Source of the DNA: Macrostomum hystrix
Lineage: Eukaryota; Animalia; Platyhelminthes
Assembly (NCBI GenBank): GCA_950097015.1
Contig: CATNEN010000039.1
Span: 19,840,001-19,904,000, forward strand
Reading direction: 5' to 3'
Length of the DNA stretch: 64,000 nucleotides
Shown: positions 1 through 14,100 of the stretch, in pieces
Layout of the letters: each line of letters opens with the position of its first letter
Numbering within the stretch: the stretch's first letter is position 1
Made by a program: the position numbers and the translations under genes
The notes under the pieces: model-generated
The model's database searches: none
What the model was told of the DNA's origin: nothing
Seen by the model: the letters and a program-made list of their open reading frames with translations, nothing else

Positions 1-2192
1 TCCATAGACTGCAGACAAAAGCGAGACGCGTTTGAGAACCATATAAATATGTGTTAATCGTTGAAGGACCACTGTACCGATGATGTACATATAGCAGAAC
101 TACTTAATACCAGCGCGCGTGCAGTGGTCCTTATAAACTTCATTAGCTACATGAATAAGTACAAAAACAATATCACAGGTGTGTTAGGGATTCTTGAGAA
201 GCTTTTATTGCCATCGAGGAGGCAATTTGCTGACCCAGCAGACACCGACTTTTATAGCCACTATTACATACTACTAGTTTCTTGTATCTATATATGCGCA
301 TAGCTTCAGCCAGAGCACATACACTCACTGTACACCGTGAGCGTTGGCCTCTATGTATGTAAACTCCATTTTGGCCTTTTTTATTGTGGTTACTAACAAC
401 AATACCAACTAGTTATTGCATTTGCGGCATCGTCGCGGATTTGTGTTTTAAGATCAACAGCTTTGTTATAGCTAGCGCTCCGTTTCTTGGAAGTGATTCA
501 AGATTCTTGGTAATCTTCAATTCCAGACATGAAATCATACATGAAGGCTGAAATACGACATGCATGTCTAATTTATTTGTCTTGAAAGCCCTGTAAAGCT
601 TTAAATGATGAAACGTTTTTTGGACGTGCTTTTAGAAGATAAACTACTATATTTATTGTATCGTACTCGTACAATGAGGTAAAGGGCTCTTCTTGAACTT
701 TAATCCTTATTAAAAGTTCGAGTTTTAGTAGTTTCATAAAACTGTGCTCATATGCTAATGATTTTCAGAGGTGCTAGGTAAAAAATATAACATTTGTTCC
801 ATATACAACCAGTTTCTATGAAATTGACTTCCCTTTCACAGGATGACCACACTTTTTGGTGCAAGCCATATGTAATGTATAGGCCTAGCTATATTAATTG
901 TCAATTATTAACTAATAATAATATTATGTAGTTAGTGAGTAGGCCTAACAATCTTCGTAACTTCTAAATATATATTTCTTATTGAACTGAAGTTTTATCA
1001 AGGAGTCACAAACTGAACATAATGTATTATTATTTAGGCCTAATTTAATTCGTAGCACTATTAATTGATTAAAAACAAAGAATAGAGCCTACACAATTTT
1101 TTTCTCTACTAAACACAATATTAATACGCCACATATACATTTGAACTGCTCTAGTGAAAAAGTCAGTGAATTGTTTGTTAGTAGGTGTATCTACAGGTAG
1201 GTGTATATTTTACTAAATATTTTGGTGCACACAGCAGATTTTTTAGCCCACATGGCAAAATTAGTGTATACAAAACCATTTAGCCACCTACATGGTATAA
1301 TTTGGTGCATATGACACATCTCAAATTTCTGTGTTTAATTTTTAAGTTTAATTTTTTAAGATATTGAATATTTTATGAGAACCTTACAATTATCTACACA
1401 TGTACCTTCAACAAAAAATACAATAAGATAACTAGGCCTACTGTCATTGCACAAAGATTCACATTTTCACATTTTGTAATAATGTGATTACATCTTACTA
1501 TATCACTATATTGAAGTACACTTTTTTGACAAATAACAAACAATTTAACAAATTATAATGTTTCTTACATGTAATTTTTGCTGCACACATTCTCTTTAGC
1601 ATCATTTTTGTATGGTGCATAGCAAAAAATCCAAAGAGTTTTGTTTTGTTTGCATATACTTCCTGACTATGATCAGCAAGCTATAAATTTTTCATTTCTG
1701 ATTAATGCTTGGGTTTAGCCTCTGAATCAGATTGCTTCTCTGAGCATGAAACACAAAATAAAAAAGAAAGAAAAATTCAAAAAAGAATTAAAAAAAAAAC
1801 AAAGTATTGGAAAGAATTAAGCAAAAATGTATTTTAACAGGTAGCTTATTATAACTATAAGAGTATATTTTTCGAAATTGAATTGACAAATAATTATTAT
1901 TTATTGCTTTTAAATCAAATGGCTGTTATAGAATTGGGTCAAAACTAAAAGCACCAAACATTATTAAAAAAGAAACAAGTTAGTTGTGTTATCACACATT
2001 TATTTTGTAGGTTAAATAGGTTAAGTCAATTATCTTAACTTAACTTTATTATAACAATTTCAGCTAAAACTTATTTGATACTACAAAGTAAGCAGAATAT
2101 TAGAAAAATTCAGTAAAATCTGCATTTGTGGCTCCCTAAGTCGTTAGGAAGGTGAATTTTTTTAAATATAGGATACTAAAGAAACAATAATT

Positions 2193-5100
2193 ATGGCTGT
2201 GCCTACCTTTCCCTCGTTAGAGACATTGTCTTTAAAGAGGGCCAGGTTTGAGCGTAAACCACTAGGCCCTCCCGAGGTCTATCCGCAGATGCCCAATCAA
2301 GATGAGGACAAACTTGATCAGGTAAGTTAAAGTTTTTATTCAGTTGCTTTGCATCTTCCGATCTCCCTGTTTCTATTTCCTATCATTCTGATTCTCTCCC
2401 ATCCTTCTGACTCTCCCTTTCCCATCCATCTGAATCTTCCTTTCCCATCCATCTGACTCTTCCTTTCCCACCCATCTGACTCTTCCTTTCCCATCCATCT
2501 GACTCTTCCTTTCCCACCCATCTGACACTTCCTTTCCCACCCATCTGACTCTTCCTTTCCCACCCATCTGACTCTTCCTTTCCCACCCATCTGACTCTTC
2601 CTTTCACACCCATCTGACTCTTCCTTTCCCACCCATCTGACTCTTCCTTTCCCATCCATCTGACTCTTCCTTTCCCATCCATCTGACTCTTCCTTTCCCA
2701 CCCATCTGACTCTTCCTTTCCCACCCATCTGACTCTTCCTTTCCCATCCATCTGACGCCCCCTTTGCCATCCGTTAGTTTTAAACTTTCCCATTACTCTG
2801 TCTGCATTATATTTTTCGTAAGTGTATTCAAACCTGTGTCACGTATCACTTAAATTCTCCAGGTCAATGTTCGCGAAGGCTTTAAAGATATTCTTCAGAA
2901 TCGTTTCAAAAGCACCAAACTAGAGGAGTATTCCTCGATAGCAAACGATTTCAAATTCTCTACCGACGAAGTGCTGAATGCGTTCAAGAAGATTGTCCTA
3001 CGCAAAGTCGAGGCCAATATAATGCCTGACACTAGTAAGAAACGTGGAGCTATCAGCAAAGACATTTCACTGCCCATGGCTGGCCGGACTGCTAGCAAAG
3101 TTGAAGAATGGTTCAAAGATTTCAAATCTGGCGAACAGCTGACTAAATTGTCCGCTAAAGTGCCGCTATCTGTGAAGAAGGAGGACATACTCAAGGAGGT
3201 ATTTAAGAATCGTCTGCCAGTGCATCGTGCCATCTGGTACCTGAAGGTTTGGTGGCAGTTTAGCAGCAGCTTATCCGAGTCGTCTAAAAAGAAAAAGCCA
3301 TTTGACGCACCGGAAGTTCAGGTAGGTTGTTTAGTCGATACGGCGATATCAACCCAGACTTACTATTGTCCTAGTACTGACCCAGTATGACTCATAGATC
3401 TAACCTGACCTATTGCTGACCTATTACTGACCTAGTATGACCCATAGATCTAACCTGACGCATTTTTACCTCGTACGGACCCAGAATTACTCATTGTTGA
3501 CCTACTACTGACCCACAATGACTCATAGATCTAACCTGACCCATGGCTGATCTATTGCTGACCTAGAATGACTTATAGATCTAACCTGACCCAATTTCGA
3601 CCTAGCACTGTTCCACAATGACTGATAGATCTACCTGACCCATTTTTGACCTCTTACTGACCCAATATGACTCATTGTTGACCTAGTACTGACATAGAAT
3701 GACTCATTGATTTACCTGACCTAATTTGGACCTATTACTGACCCTAGAATGACTCATATATCTACCTGACACATTCTTGACCTAGTTCTGACCCAGTATG
3801 ACTCATAGATCTACCTCACACATTGTTGACCTAGTTCTGACCCAGTATGTCTCATAGATCTACCTGACACATGGTTGACCTAGTTCTGACCCAGCATGAC
3901 TCCTAGATCTAACCTGACCCATTGCTGTTCTAGTAATGACCTAGAATGACTCATAGTTCTAACCTGACATATTGTTGACTTGGTACTCATCCATATGACT
4001 CAATATTTTGAACCACCGCTGACCACTGTTAACTAAGCGGGTCCACACAAAATATGAACCTCGCAGGTAAAAAACGACATCTGCACCCACCTGAAAGACA
4101 CTTTTGAAGCCGCTGTCGACGGTGCAGACGAAGACGTTCAAGACGAATGGAACTACGTCTGGGACCTGCTAGTAGCCATGATAGATCAGAGCCTATTCGA
4201 ACAGTTGGAAATCCTTCGCTGGGTCACGGAATTTGTTGAACGATGCCGCAAATCAGATCGTCAATTAGCTTTCCTATTGCCGCATCTATTAGCCGTTGTT
4301 CAATATTTCTCTGCATCAGAATTGGAAAGCAGAAGATTTCTAGTGGTCTGTTGCAATGTTGTACGCGATTTGGGCACCGTTATTGATCTACAATTCGCTC
4401 ACAGAGCACAGTGCTCACAGCACTATCAGATTCTTCTATCGGTCACTAGCCTGATTGTAACAGCTGTTTTGCGCTGTCCCGAGAGTGCAATCTGGTCCGC
4501 CAGCGTCAGCTGCGACTCGCCACTGTACGGCTCGCCTCTAGACCGGCTGCCCTGCAATCTACTCGGCCTTCCAGTTCAACCGGAACTGTTAGATCAATTG
4601 CGTCAGCTAATGCTGGAGATTACTAATCGAAGCGCTGAGGCTGAGCAGCATTGGACTAGGCGGGTGGATACACCGACTAGTTTGAAACTCATTGAAGTGC
4701 TGGAACATCTGGATAAGCACGACTATATGTCTGAGGATAATAAAGTAAGAATTCCAAGAATAGGATACTTGATTTCAACTTGAATTGCGGAAGGAATCGT
4801 AGCTAAAATTCTAGAAGGAATCGTAGCTAGAATCATAGAAGGAATCGTAGCTATGATTGTAACCAGAATCGCAGCAGGAATCGTAGCTAGAATCATAGAA
4901 GGAATCGTAGCTAGAATTCCAGGAGGAATCGTAGCTAGAATCATAGAAGGAATCGTAGCTAGAATCATAGAAGGAATCGTAGCTATGTTTGTAACCAGAA
5001 TCGCAGCAGGAATCGTAGCTAGAATCATAGAAGGAATCGTAGCTAGAATTCCAGGAGGAATCGTAGCTAGAATCATAGAAGGAATCGTAGCTAGAATCAT

Positions 5101-8100
5101 AGAAGGAATCGTAGCTATGATTGTAACCAGAATCGCAGCAGGAATCGTAGCTAGAATCATAGAAGGAATCGTAGCTTGAATTCTAGAAGGAATCGTAGCT
5201 AGAATCATAGAAGGAATCGTAGCTATGATTGTAACCAGAATCGCAGCAGGAATCGTAGCTAGAATCATAGAAGGAATCGTAGCTAGAATTCTAGAAGAAA
5301 TCGTAGCTATGATTGTAACCGGAATCGCAGCAGGAATCGTAGCTAGAATCATAGAAGGAATTGTAGCAATACTTGTAGGAGGAACTGTAGCTGAAATTCT
5401 GGCATGAATTGGATCTAGAATACAAGAGGGAATCGTAGCTAGAAAACCAACTGGAATCGTAGCTAGAAACCCAACTGGAATCGGAGCTAGAAACTTAACA
5501 GGAATCGGAGCTAGAAACCCAACTGGAATCGTAGCTAGATACCCAACTGGAATCGTAGCTAGAATTTAGGAATCGTAGCTAGAGTTTTAGGTATCGTAGC
5601 TAGAATTTTAGGAATTTTAGCAAGAATTTTAGCGGGAATCGCAGCTACAATCCGCCAAATCTAATCCCTATCTCAAACAGGAGGCAGTTCAGCAGGGTGA
5701 GGCGGAAATGCCACTACAGGACAAGGACATCATGCACAATCTGTTTACCAAGTGCTTCGATCGCGAGGATCCAGAAAGCGACCTCCGAGTGGCTTATTTC
5801 CTCTGCCAGTGGGCGGTTCATCCAAGTCGTGGCGGCTGTCATCGTCCAGTTGTAGCCGCCGTACTCATGGAGAAGCTTCGCCTATTGAATCGGGTCAGTC
5901 CAATCAGGCTGCACGATCAGCTGGTCAATTTCTTGAATAGTGACTCGGCGCCTAGGCAGGATCGCGACTCCGGCCCTGATTGTCAGGAATCGTTTCGCAA
6001 TCTGGTGGCCCTATTCGGCGAACTGATCGATCGGGAGATCTTCGATCACGATAGTTACGCTAGGTGAGATTGACGGTGAATTGGAATCCCAATTGAGGAA
6101 TGTTTGTTGCTAAATTAGGAGATATGGGTTTGTGAAATTATGGGTTCATTGGATTAGGGGATTTGGGTTATTTGGGTTGGGGGATTTAGGTTCATTGGAT
6201 TAGGGGATTTGGGTTCATTGGATTAGGGATTTGGGTTTAGAGATCCTGATGAAACATGGGTTCATAAAATCGGGAGATTTTGGTTTATGGGATTAGTAAG
6301 TTTGCTTTACGTGGTTGCATCAGGAAAATTTAGTTTATTCGATTTTGAAATATGGGTTTATGGATTAGGAGATTAGGGTTTGTGGGATTAAGAGTTTTAG
6401 GCTTGGAGTTAAGCAGATTTTGGTTCGGGAAGTAGGAGATTTGAGTTTGTGGATTAGGATATTTGAGTTTGTGGATTAGGAGATTTGAGCTTGTGGATTG
6501 GGAGATTTGAGCTTGTGGATTGGGAGATTTGAGTTTGTGGATTAGGAGATTTGAGTTTGTGGATTATGAGATTTGAGTTTGTGGATTAGGAGATTTGAGT
6601 TTGTGGATTGGGAGATTTGAGTTTGTGGATTGGGAGATTTGAGTTTGTGGATTAGGAGATTTGAGTTTGTGGATTAGGAGATTTGAGTTTGTGGATTAGG
6701 AGATTTGAGTTTGTGGATTGGGAGATTTGAGTTTGTGGATTGGGAGATTTGAGTTTGTGGATTAGGAGATTTGAGTTTGTGGATTAGGAGATTTGAGTTT
6801 GTGGATTAGGAGATTTTTTATTTTGTATCGTGTGCGAAAATAACTAGCTAAATATCCTTGCATAAAATCCAGGTACCTAATAGCTCACGACATTCTGAGC
6901 TCAGAGACGGCGCCTCTAGTATTCTCCGACACTGAGTACAGCTTGCCTAACCTGACTAAGCAGTCCAAGCACATTCAATATCTGGCTCATTTCCCCCTAC
7001 CAGCCGATGACACCTACGCACACGAGGCAAGCCAACGACTTCACATGCTCTATGGTGTTGGCAAAAGTGAAGAGGCTCTAAAACGATTTTTAAGGCGCCT
7101 AGTTCGCGAGGTTAGCCGACTATTCACTAAGAAGCACAACCTGGTCGATGCCAACACCGGCATGTACGTCAAGCAGCGTCGGGCTGGCAGCGTTGACGAG
7201 GACGCCGAGTTGAATGATATTCGCCGCCGTTTCTCTATGCTGACCTTCTGCGAGATGGAGCTGGTCACTGCCCAGGTAGTTTCTTTATTAGTTCCTGGGT
7301 TCTTTAGATTCTTCCCCTCTTCCCTGATCCTCAAGATTCTTCCCCTCTCGTCTGATCCTCAAGATTCTTCCCCTCTTACCTGATCCTCAAGATTCTTCCA
7401 CTCTTCCCTGATCCTCAAGATTCTTCCACTCTTCCCTGATCCTCAAGATTCTTCCACTCTTCCCTGATCCTCAAGATTCTTCCCCTCTCGTCTGATCCTC
7501 AAGATTCTTCCCCTCTTCCCTGATCCTCAAGATTCTTCCACTCTTCCCTGATCCTCAAGATTCTTCCACTCTTCCCTGATCCTCAAGATTCTTCCACTCT
7601 TCCCTGATCCTCAAGATTCTTCCACTCTTCCCTGATCCTCAAGATTCTTCCCCTCTCGTCTGATCCTCAAGATTCTTCCCCTCTTTCCTGATCCTCAAGA
7701 TTCTTCCCATCCTCTCTGATCGTCAAGATTTTCCTTTCCATGATTTCTTAACAACCTTGGGCCTATTCACATTTGCCCAATAAAAATTCGATTAAAAACC
7801 CAATAAAAATCCCAGGGCAAACGCTGTCTAATGGAGTCGTTGCGTCAATTCTACGAAGATCCCAATTGTAACATTCTGCCGTCGCCAACGCGCGTCCTAT
7901 TCCTAATGAACCTCGTAGAATTGTCTGGCAATCTCACCGGACTTATCTACTTTCTAGTTGAGATTTCTAATGGTATTCTTCGGTGAGAAATGTTTCATTG
8001 TAATTAAAAGTATTTGATTTTGAATTGACGCCAAATTGATACTAATAATTATAACAAAACAAACAACAACAGGGTGGAGGGCAAGCCTAGTCCGGGCTCT

Positions 8101-11100
8101 GGCACAGCAGCGTCCGCCGTCTCGGCCGAAGAACAGCAGCGCAATAATTTCTTGCGAATGTGGAGCAATAAAGTAGTACTCAGAGTACTTGGTTACCTGC
8201 GGCAGTATCAGGCTATACTCATGACTATGCCGGCTGAGATGCGAGTACTATTCTCTAATCTTGTTCGCACCAATGTTAAAAAAGTTGGCAATCCAGAGCA
8301 GTGCTCGTGCGCCGATCGTTGCACTTTAGCCTACCTGTTCGATCTGTATTCGCAATCGATTTCGGTCAAGGCCGGCTATCACAATATCTTCTCTAGGGCT
8401 AGGCCGAAATTGAAGCAGGCAATCTATAAGAAGATTGAAGCATTCGAAATTCCGCTGGCAATGTTTCCGCCAACTCTGATGAATCTGACCCATCCCAGTG
8501 TTGAAGAACTGCTATTGAACGACGAAGAGGAGAGAAAGCGCGCCAATTTCATGGACGAAAGGAAGAGAGCAAATTTCTTCTCATACTTTCTCTACAATGT
8601 GCTCATGTGCGACACGGATGAGAAGGTTAGTATTTTTGATCGACTACTACTCGTAATACTAATTTCGAGACAGATTATTCCTTCTATATCGCTATAATGT
8701 ATAAAAATTGTTATTTAAGACAGTCATCATCATGGTTACTTTTTGACTATTCATTTTGGTGACCTAAATTTATGACAATTTTCTCGACCGTCCTATCGAT
8801 TAGAGTGACCATGGATAGTTTATGACCGTTTGCTATAGGATACCATTCTTATGACAGTCGATTAAAGTGACCATGGATGGTTTATGACCGTTTTCTCCAG
8901 AATCCTATCCTTATGACAGTCGATTAGAGTGACCATGGATGGTTTATGACCGTTTTCTCCAGAATCCTATCCTTATGACAGTCGATTAAAGTGACCATGG
9001 ATGGTTTATGACCGTTTTCTCCAGAATCCTATCCTTATGACAGTCGATTAAAGTGACCATGGATGGTTTATGACCGTTTTCTCCAGAATCCTATCCTTAT
9101 GACAGTCGATTAGAGTGACCATGGATGGTTTATGACCGTTTTCTCCAGAATCCTATCCTTATGACAGTCGATTAAAGTGACCATGGATGGTTTATGACCG
9201 TTTTCTCCAGAATCCTATCCTTATGACAGTCGATTAGAGTGACCATGGATGGTTTATGACCGTTTTCTCCAGAATCCTATCCTTATGACAGTCGATTAGA
9301 GTGACCATGGATGGTTTATGACCGTTTTCTCAAGGATCCTATCCTTATGACCGTCGGTTAGAGTGACCATGGATAGTTTATGACCGTTTCCTATAGGATC
9401 CTATCCTTATGACAGTCGATTAGAGTGACTATGGATGGTTTATGACCCTTTTCTCAAGGATCCTATCCTTATGACAGTCGATTAGAGTGACCATGGATCG
9501 TTTAAAACCGTTTTCTTGAGGATCCTATCCTTATGACAGTCGATTAGAGTGACTATGGATAGTTTATGATCGTTTCCTATAGGATCCTATCCTTTGGACA
9601 GTCGATTAGAGTGACCATGGATGGTTTATGACCGTTTCCTATAGGATCCTATCCTTTGGACAGTCGATTAGAGTGACCATGGATGGTTTATGACCGTTTC
9701 CTATAGGATCCTATCCTTTGGACAGACGATTAGAGTGACCATGGATGGTTTATGACCGTTTCCTATAGGATCCTATCCTTTGGACAGTCGATTAGAGTGA
9801 CCATGGATGGTTTATGACCGTTTTCTATAGTATCCTGTCCTTATGACAGTCGATTAGAGTGACCAAGGATAGTTTATGACCGTTTCCTATAGGATCCTAT
9901 CCTTTGGACAGTCGATTAGAGTGATCATGAATGATTTATGACCGTTTACTTGAAGAAATTACTAAATGAGCATTTTATTACTGTGACTTATCAGCTGTAT
10001 TATTTTTATGTCTAAACTCTTATTTGACTTACACCAGGTGCTGAAGACTTGTATCGAAGCCTGCGAATGTACAACATTCTGCGCCCACCTGCCGCCTAGA
10101 TGGCTATGGATTTTGCGAGCCCTGTTAAACTCGGCATCTGGCAATAAGGAGCTAGAACCTGTCCTGCCGCAGATGCTGTTCGATCTAGTCTGTAATTGTC
10201 CGAATCTGGCTGAGAAACTGTCCGTACTGTGCGGCCTGCTTTTGTCTAGAACGTGTTTCACAATTGCCGACTTCTTAACCAATGTTCTATTTCCTGTGGT
10301 TAGCGATTTCCTAAAGAATCCCAGCGCCGAACCGTCGGCAAGATTGGCCATTCACGTCTTCTACCTGATTGTGACACTGAAACTGCCGTTGAAATCTTTG
10401 ACTGACAAGCTACTGCTTCGTGGCGCCGTTGTTGATAAGATATCTACTAATTCGTTAAATTTCTTCTTCAAGGTATGTTTACTGAAGTACCACCCGAATT
10501 TATAGCTCTAATTAGTCACATTTTCCTTATTTATTTCAGTCTCTAATTAGTCACATTCCCTTATTTATTTCAGTCTCTAATTAGTCACATTCCCTTATTT
10601 ATTTAAGTCTCTAATTAGTCACAATAGCCTTATTTATTTAAGTCTCTAATTAGTCACCTTTCACTCACCCATTTCAGTCTCTAATTAGTCACCTTTCACT
10701 CACCTATTTCAGTCTCTAATTTGTCACCTTTCACTCATCTATTTCAGTCTCTAATTAGTCACCTTTTACTCACCCATTTCAGTCTCTAATTTGTCACAAT
10801 TCCCTTATCTATTTCAGTCTATAATTAGTCATCTTACCCTTAACTATTTCAGTCTCTAATTAGTCACATTTTCCTTATCTATTTCAGTCTCTAATTAGAC
10901 ACCTTTCACTTACATATTTAAGTCTCTAATTAGTCACCTTTCACTCACCTATTTCAGTCTCTAATTAGTCACCTTCCTGTTATCTTTTTCAGTCTATAAT
11001 TATAAACTTTTTTCCTTATCTATTTCAGTCTCAAATTTGTTACATTTCCCGTTTACCTATTTTAGTCCCTGATTAGTGACCTATCCCGTATCTATTTCAG

Positions 11101-14100
11101 TCTCTTACACTTTAATGACTAATCAAGTTAAAATTTCCCTTTAAACAGGTGCTGCTATTAATACCAGGCGAGTCATGGCTCGAATGTGTTCAACGCGAAG
11201 CAGCTCGCGAAACACCCGTCGATCTTCGCCAGTTGCGCTTCTCCGACTTTGCCGCCCGTGTCTACAAGGAGATCACCGATTCGGCCTGGATTAGGGAGAA
11301 ATTTCTGCGTCAACCATTCACCGAGACCCTGCTGAGCAAGGAGGCCCTACTAGACTCGTTCATTAACGACGCCCACGCCAGGTTTATCTTGCACAGCATC
11401 GCTTATCGTTGCCCTACGCCGCAGTCAGCAGCCGATACTGCGGTCTCCTCGGCTTCCACCGCGTTCACCGATCTTTGGCGTCAGACGCAGAATTTCGGTC
11501 ACCTATTTAAAGGCCTCTCATTGTGGCATTTAACATGGAGCCTGTTAGAGGTTGAGCTGAGCCTACTGCGTAGGCAGGACGATCTAGATTCTATCCAGCG
11601 TAGCTTCGCCAATTCTCTGTGCGAATTCTTTGCTAAACGTTCAGCGCCCGTGTTGAAATCTGACTCGACCGCCGCGTCTGGCTCCGGTCAGCAACAGCAG
11701 CAGCATCAGCAGCATCAGCAGATACCGCCGCCACCCGGCCTGCCACTAATTGAACCAGTTGAAACCGATTGGCTAGTTGGCTTACTAATTCGCAAGCTAA
11801 GCGCGCACAGTTTTGGCCCCAGTATTCGGGCTCAGATAGTTAAATCAGCTGGCAGTTTGTTAGACTGCGGCTCCAATCTAGGCAATGCCAAGGCGGATCA
11901 GGAGCGCGAGGATCTGCTTCGCCGCAGCTCTGTACTATTGGCTTATCCGCCGTTTCTCTGCTTACTACAGGAGGCCCTGTCTGAGGAGACCGTTAGGCAG
12001 GACATCCTGAGTCCTGGCGTACAGTCTAGCCTGTTTCAACAGGTCAATCGTTATATTGAGCACGCCGAGAAAGCATTGGATTCTGGTATTGAAGAGGATC
12101 TGCGAGTTCGCTGTCTGCTTGGACAGGTAAGGGAATTTTTTGAAGAATCGAAGCAAGAATCAAATATAGAATCGCTTTTAGAATCGTATGTAGAATCGAA
12201 GCAAGAATCGTATTTAAAATTGAAGCAGGAACCTGATGTTGAACCGAAGCAAGAATCTGATGTAGAATCGAAGAAAGAATCTGATGTAGAATCGAAGCGA
12301 GAATCGTATGTAGAATCGAAGCAAGAATCTGATTTAGAATCGAGGCGAGAATCGTATGTAGAATCGAAGCAAGAATCTGATTTAGAATCGAAGAAATTAT
12401 CGTATGTAGAATCGAAGCAAGAATCTTATGTAGAATCGAAGCAATAATCTTATGTGGAATCGAAGCGAGAGTCGTATGTAGAATCGAAGCAAGAATATAA
12501 TGTAGAATCGAAGCAAGAATATGATGTAGAATCGAAGCAAGAATATGATGTAGAATCGAAGCAAGAGCCGTATTTAGAATTGAAGCAAGATAATGTAGTA
12601 TCAAAGTATGAATCAAATTAGAATCTGATGTAGAATTGTAAATCATTGGAATCGACGCAAGAATTGTAGGAATTGCTCGTTGAGCCAGTAAGAATAGACC
12701 AAGAAAAAAATATCCCATCCCGCAGGCCCTTCGTCTCCGCCTGTCTCTAGTCGGGTCCCTGTTTAGCGTCCTGCTTCAGAGCACGAGCTTGTGCGCCGAG
12801 TGGTCCATTCTGCTAGCCAAACTGATCATCCACTCGCTAGTGGACATTGGCAGTAGTCGGGAAGATTTTCACCGTGTCATCGACATGCTGGTGGCGCTGC
12901 TGCACGCTGTGGCCACCGGTCCGCCAGATTCTGAGCGTCAGCCAACTCAAGACGACGAGCGCAAGAATCAACAGGGAGTGGTTAAAAAACTGCGCAAAGA
13001 GCTCAAGGAAAGCGACCTGCTACCGGCGCCGCTCCGGCCTCTGTTTGTCACTCCCCGGCTGATCTTTGAAGTGCCGGTTTGCCGCTCTTGTGAGAATTCT
13101 CTACATTTTTATGCGACTAGATTTCTTAAAATAATGACTCATTCATATTATCATGACCCCATCGACATCTTATCATGACCCCATCGACATCTAATCATGA
13201 CCCCATCGACATCTTATCATGACCCCATCGACATCTAATCATGACCCCTTGACTTACTTGACTTAGCTGCAGGGCGGTCCCATAGAGGGACACAGCGGGA
13301 AGACGATGCCGCCCATTCCGCTAGTCCCTGAACGACCGACGCACCGTCACGGACGAGGAGTTGGCGTCGCCCAGGGAGGTCCCTCCGAGTCGCTCTCCGC
13401 AGCCACGTCGCTCCCTGGAAGAGGGAGTTCAGCTCTGCGGGTGGCCCGAAGGTAGCGCATGAGCTGATTAAAGTTTTTGGGTTCACTTCCTGGATGGAAG
13501 TGTGTAGCCCGAGATAGGTAATTCTGTCCTGCATGAAGGCGGGGCAGATGCTGACAAAATGTTCAGCGGTTTCGTCACCTGAGTTGCAAAAACTTGCCCT
13601 GCAGGTATTGGTGCCTGGTGAAGCACCAATGCCCAGTCATGGTGGCCGCTTGGATGTCTTTGCGCGGGAGACGCAGAAGGAGGTTCCGGAGTTTGCGGGA
13701 GGGCTGCGGAATAGCCTCTCTAGATTGCCTGCAGTTGTTGCAGTTCGCCCAGAGCGAGTAGTGCTGTAGTTTCACCCACGCTTTGATGCGTGAGTTAATG
13801 ACACAGTTTGAGACCGGAACCAGAGGTTCGGGTCCCCAGGAGGATCCAGCGGCGCCGGCTTTCGCTAGAACGTCAGCCAGCTCGTTGCCCTGAAATCCCT
13901 CGTGTCCGGGCACCCATTTGAGGGTGACCTTGTTGGTGGAGGCCAACATGTTGAGATGCTTGATACAGTCAAGGACTGCTGCCGAGCCAATGCAGCGACT
14001 GCGGATGGCATACAGTGCTGCCTGACTGTCAGAGTGGAAGATGATATCCTTACCTTTCACGCCAGTAGCGAGCAGCTTTTAGAGCAGGAGCTGATGGCAA

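Noticed and set aside
61-303. 80-aa ORF and scattered TAGGCCTA palindromes in the upstream AT-rich region
   Set aside because: TTG start, no recognisable motif or splice structure; the palindromes have no consistent spacing.
8790-9945. CRISPR-like arrays
   Set aside because: Units are contiguous with no unique spacers, there are no cas genes, and the context is eukaryotic.
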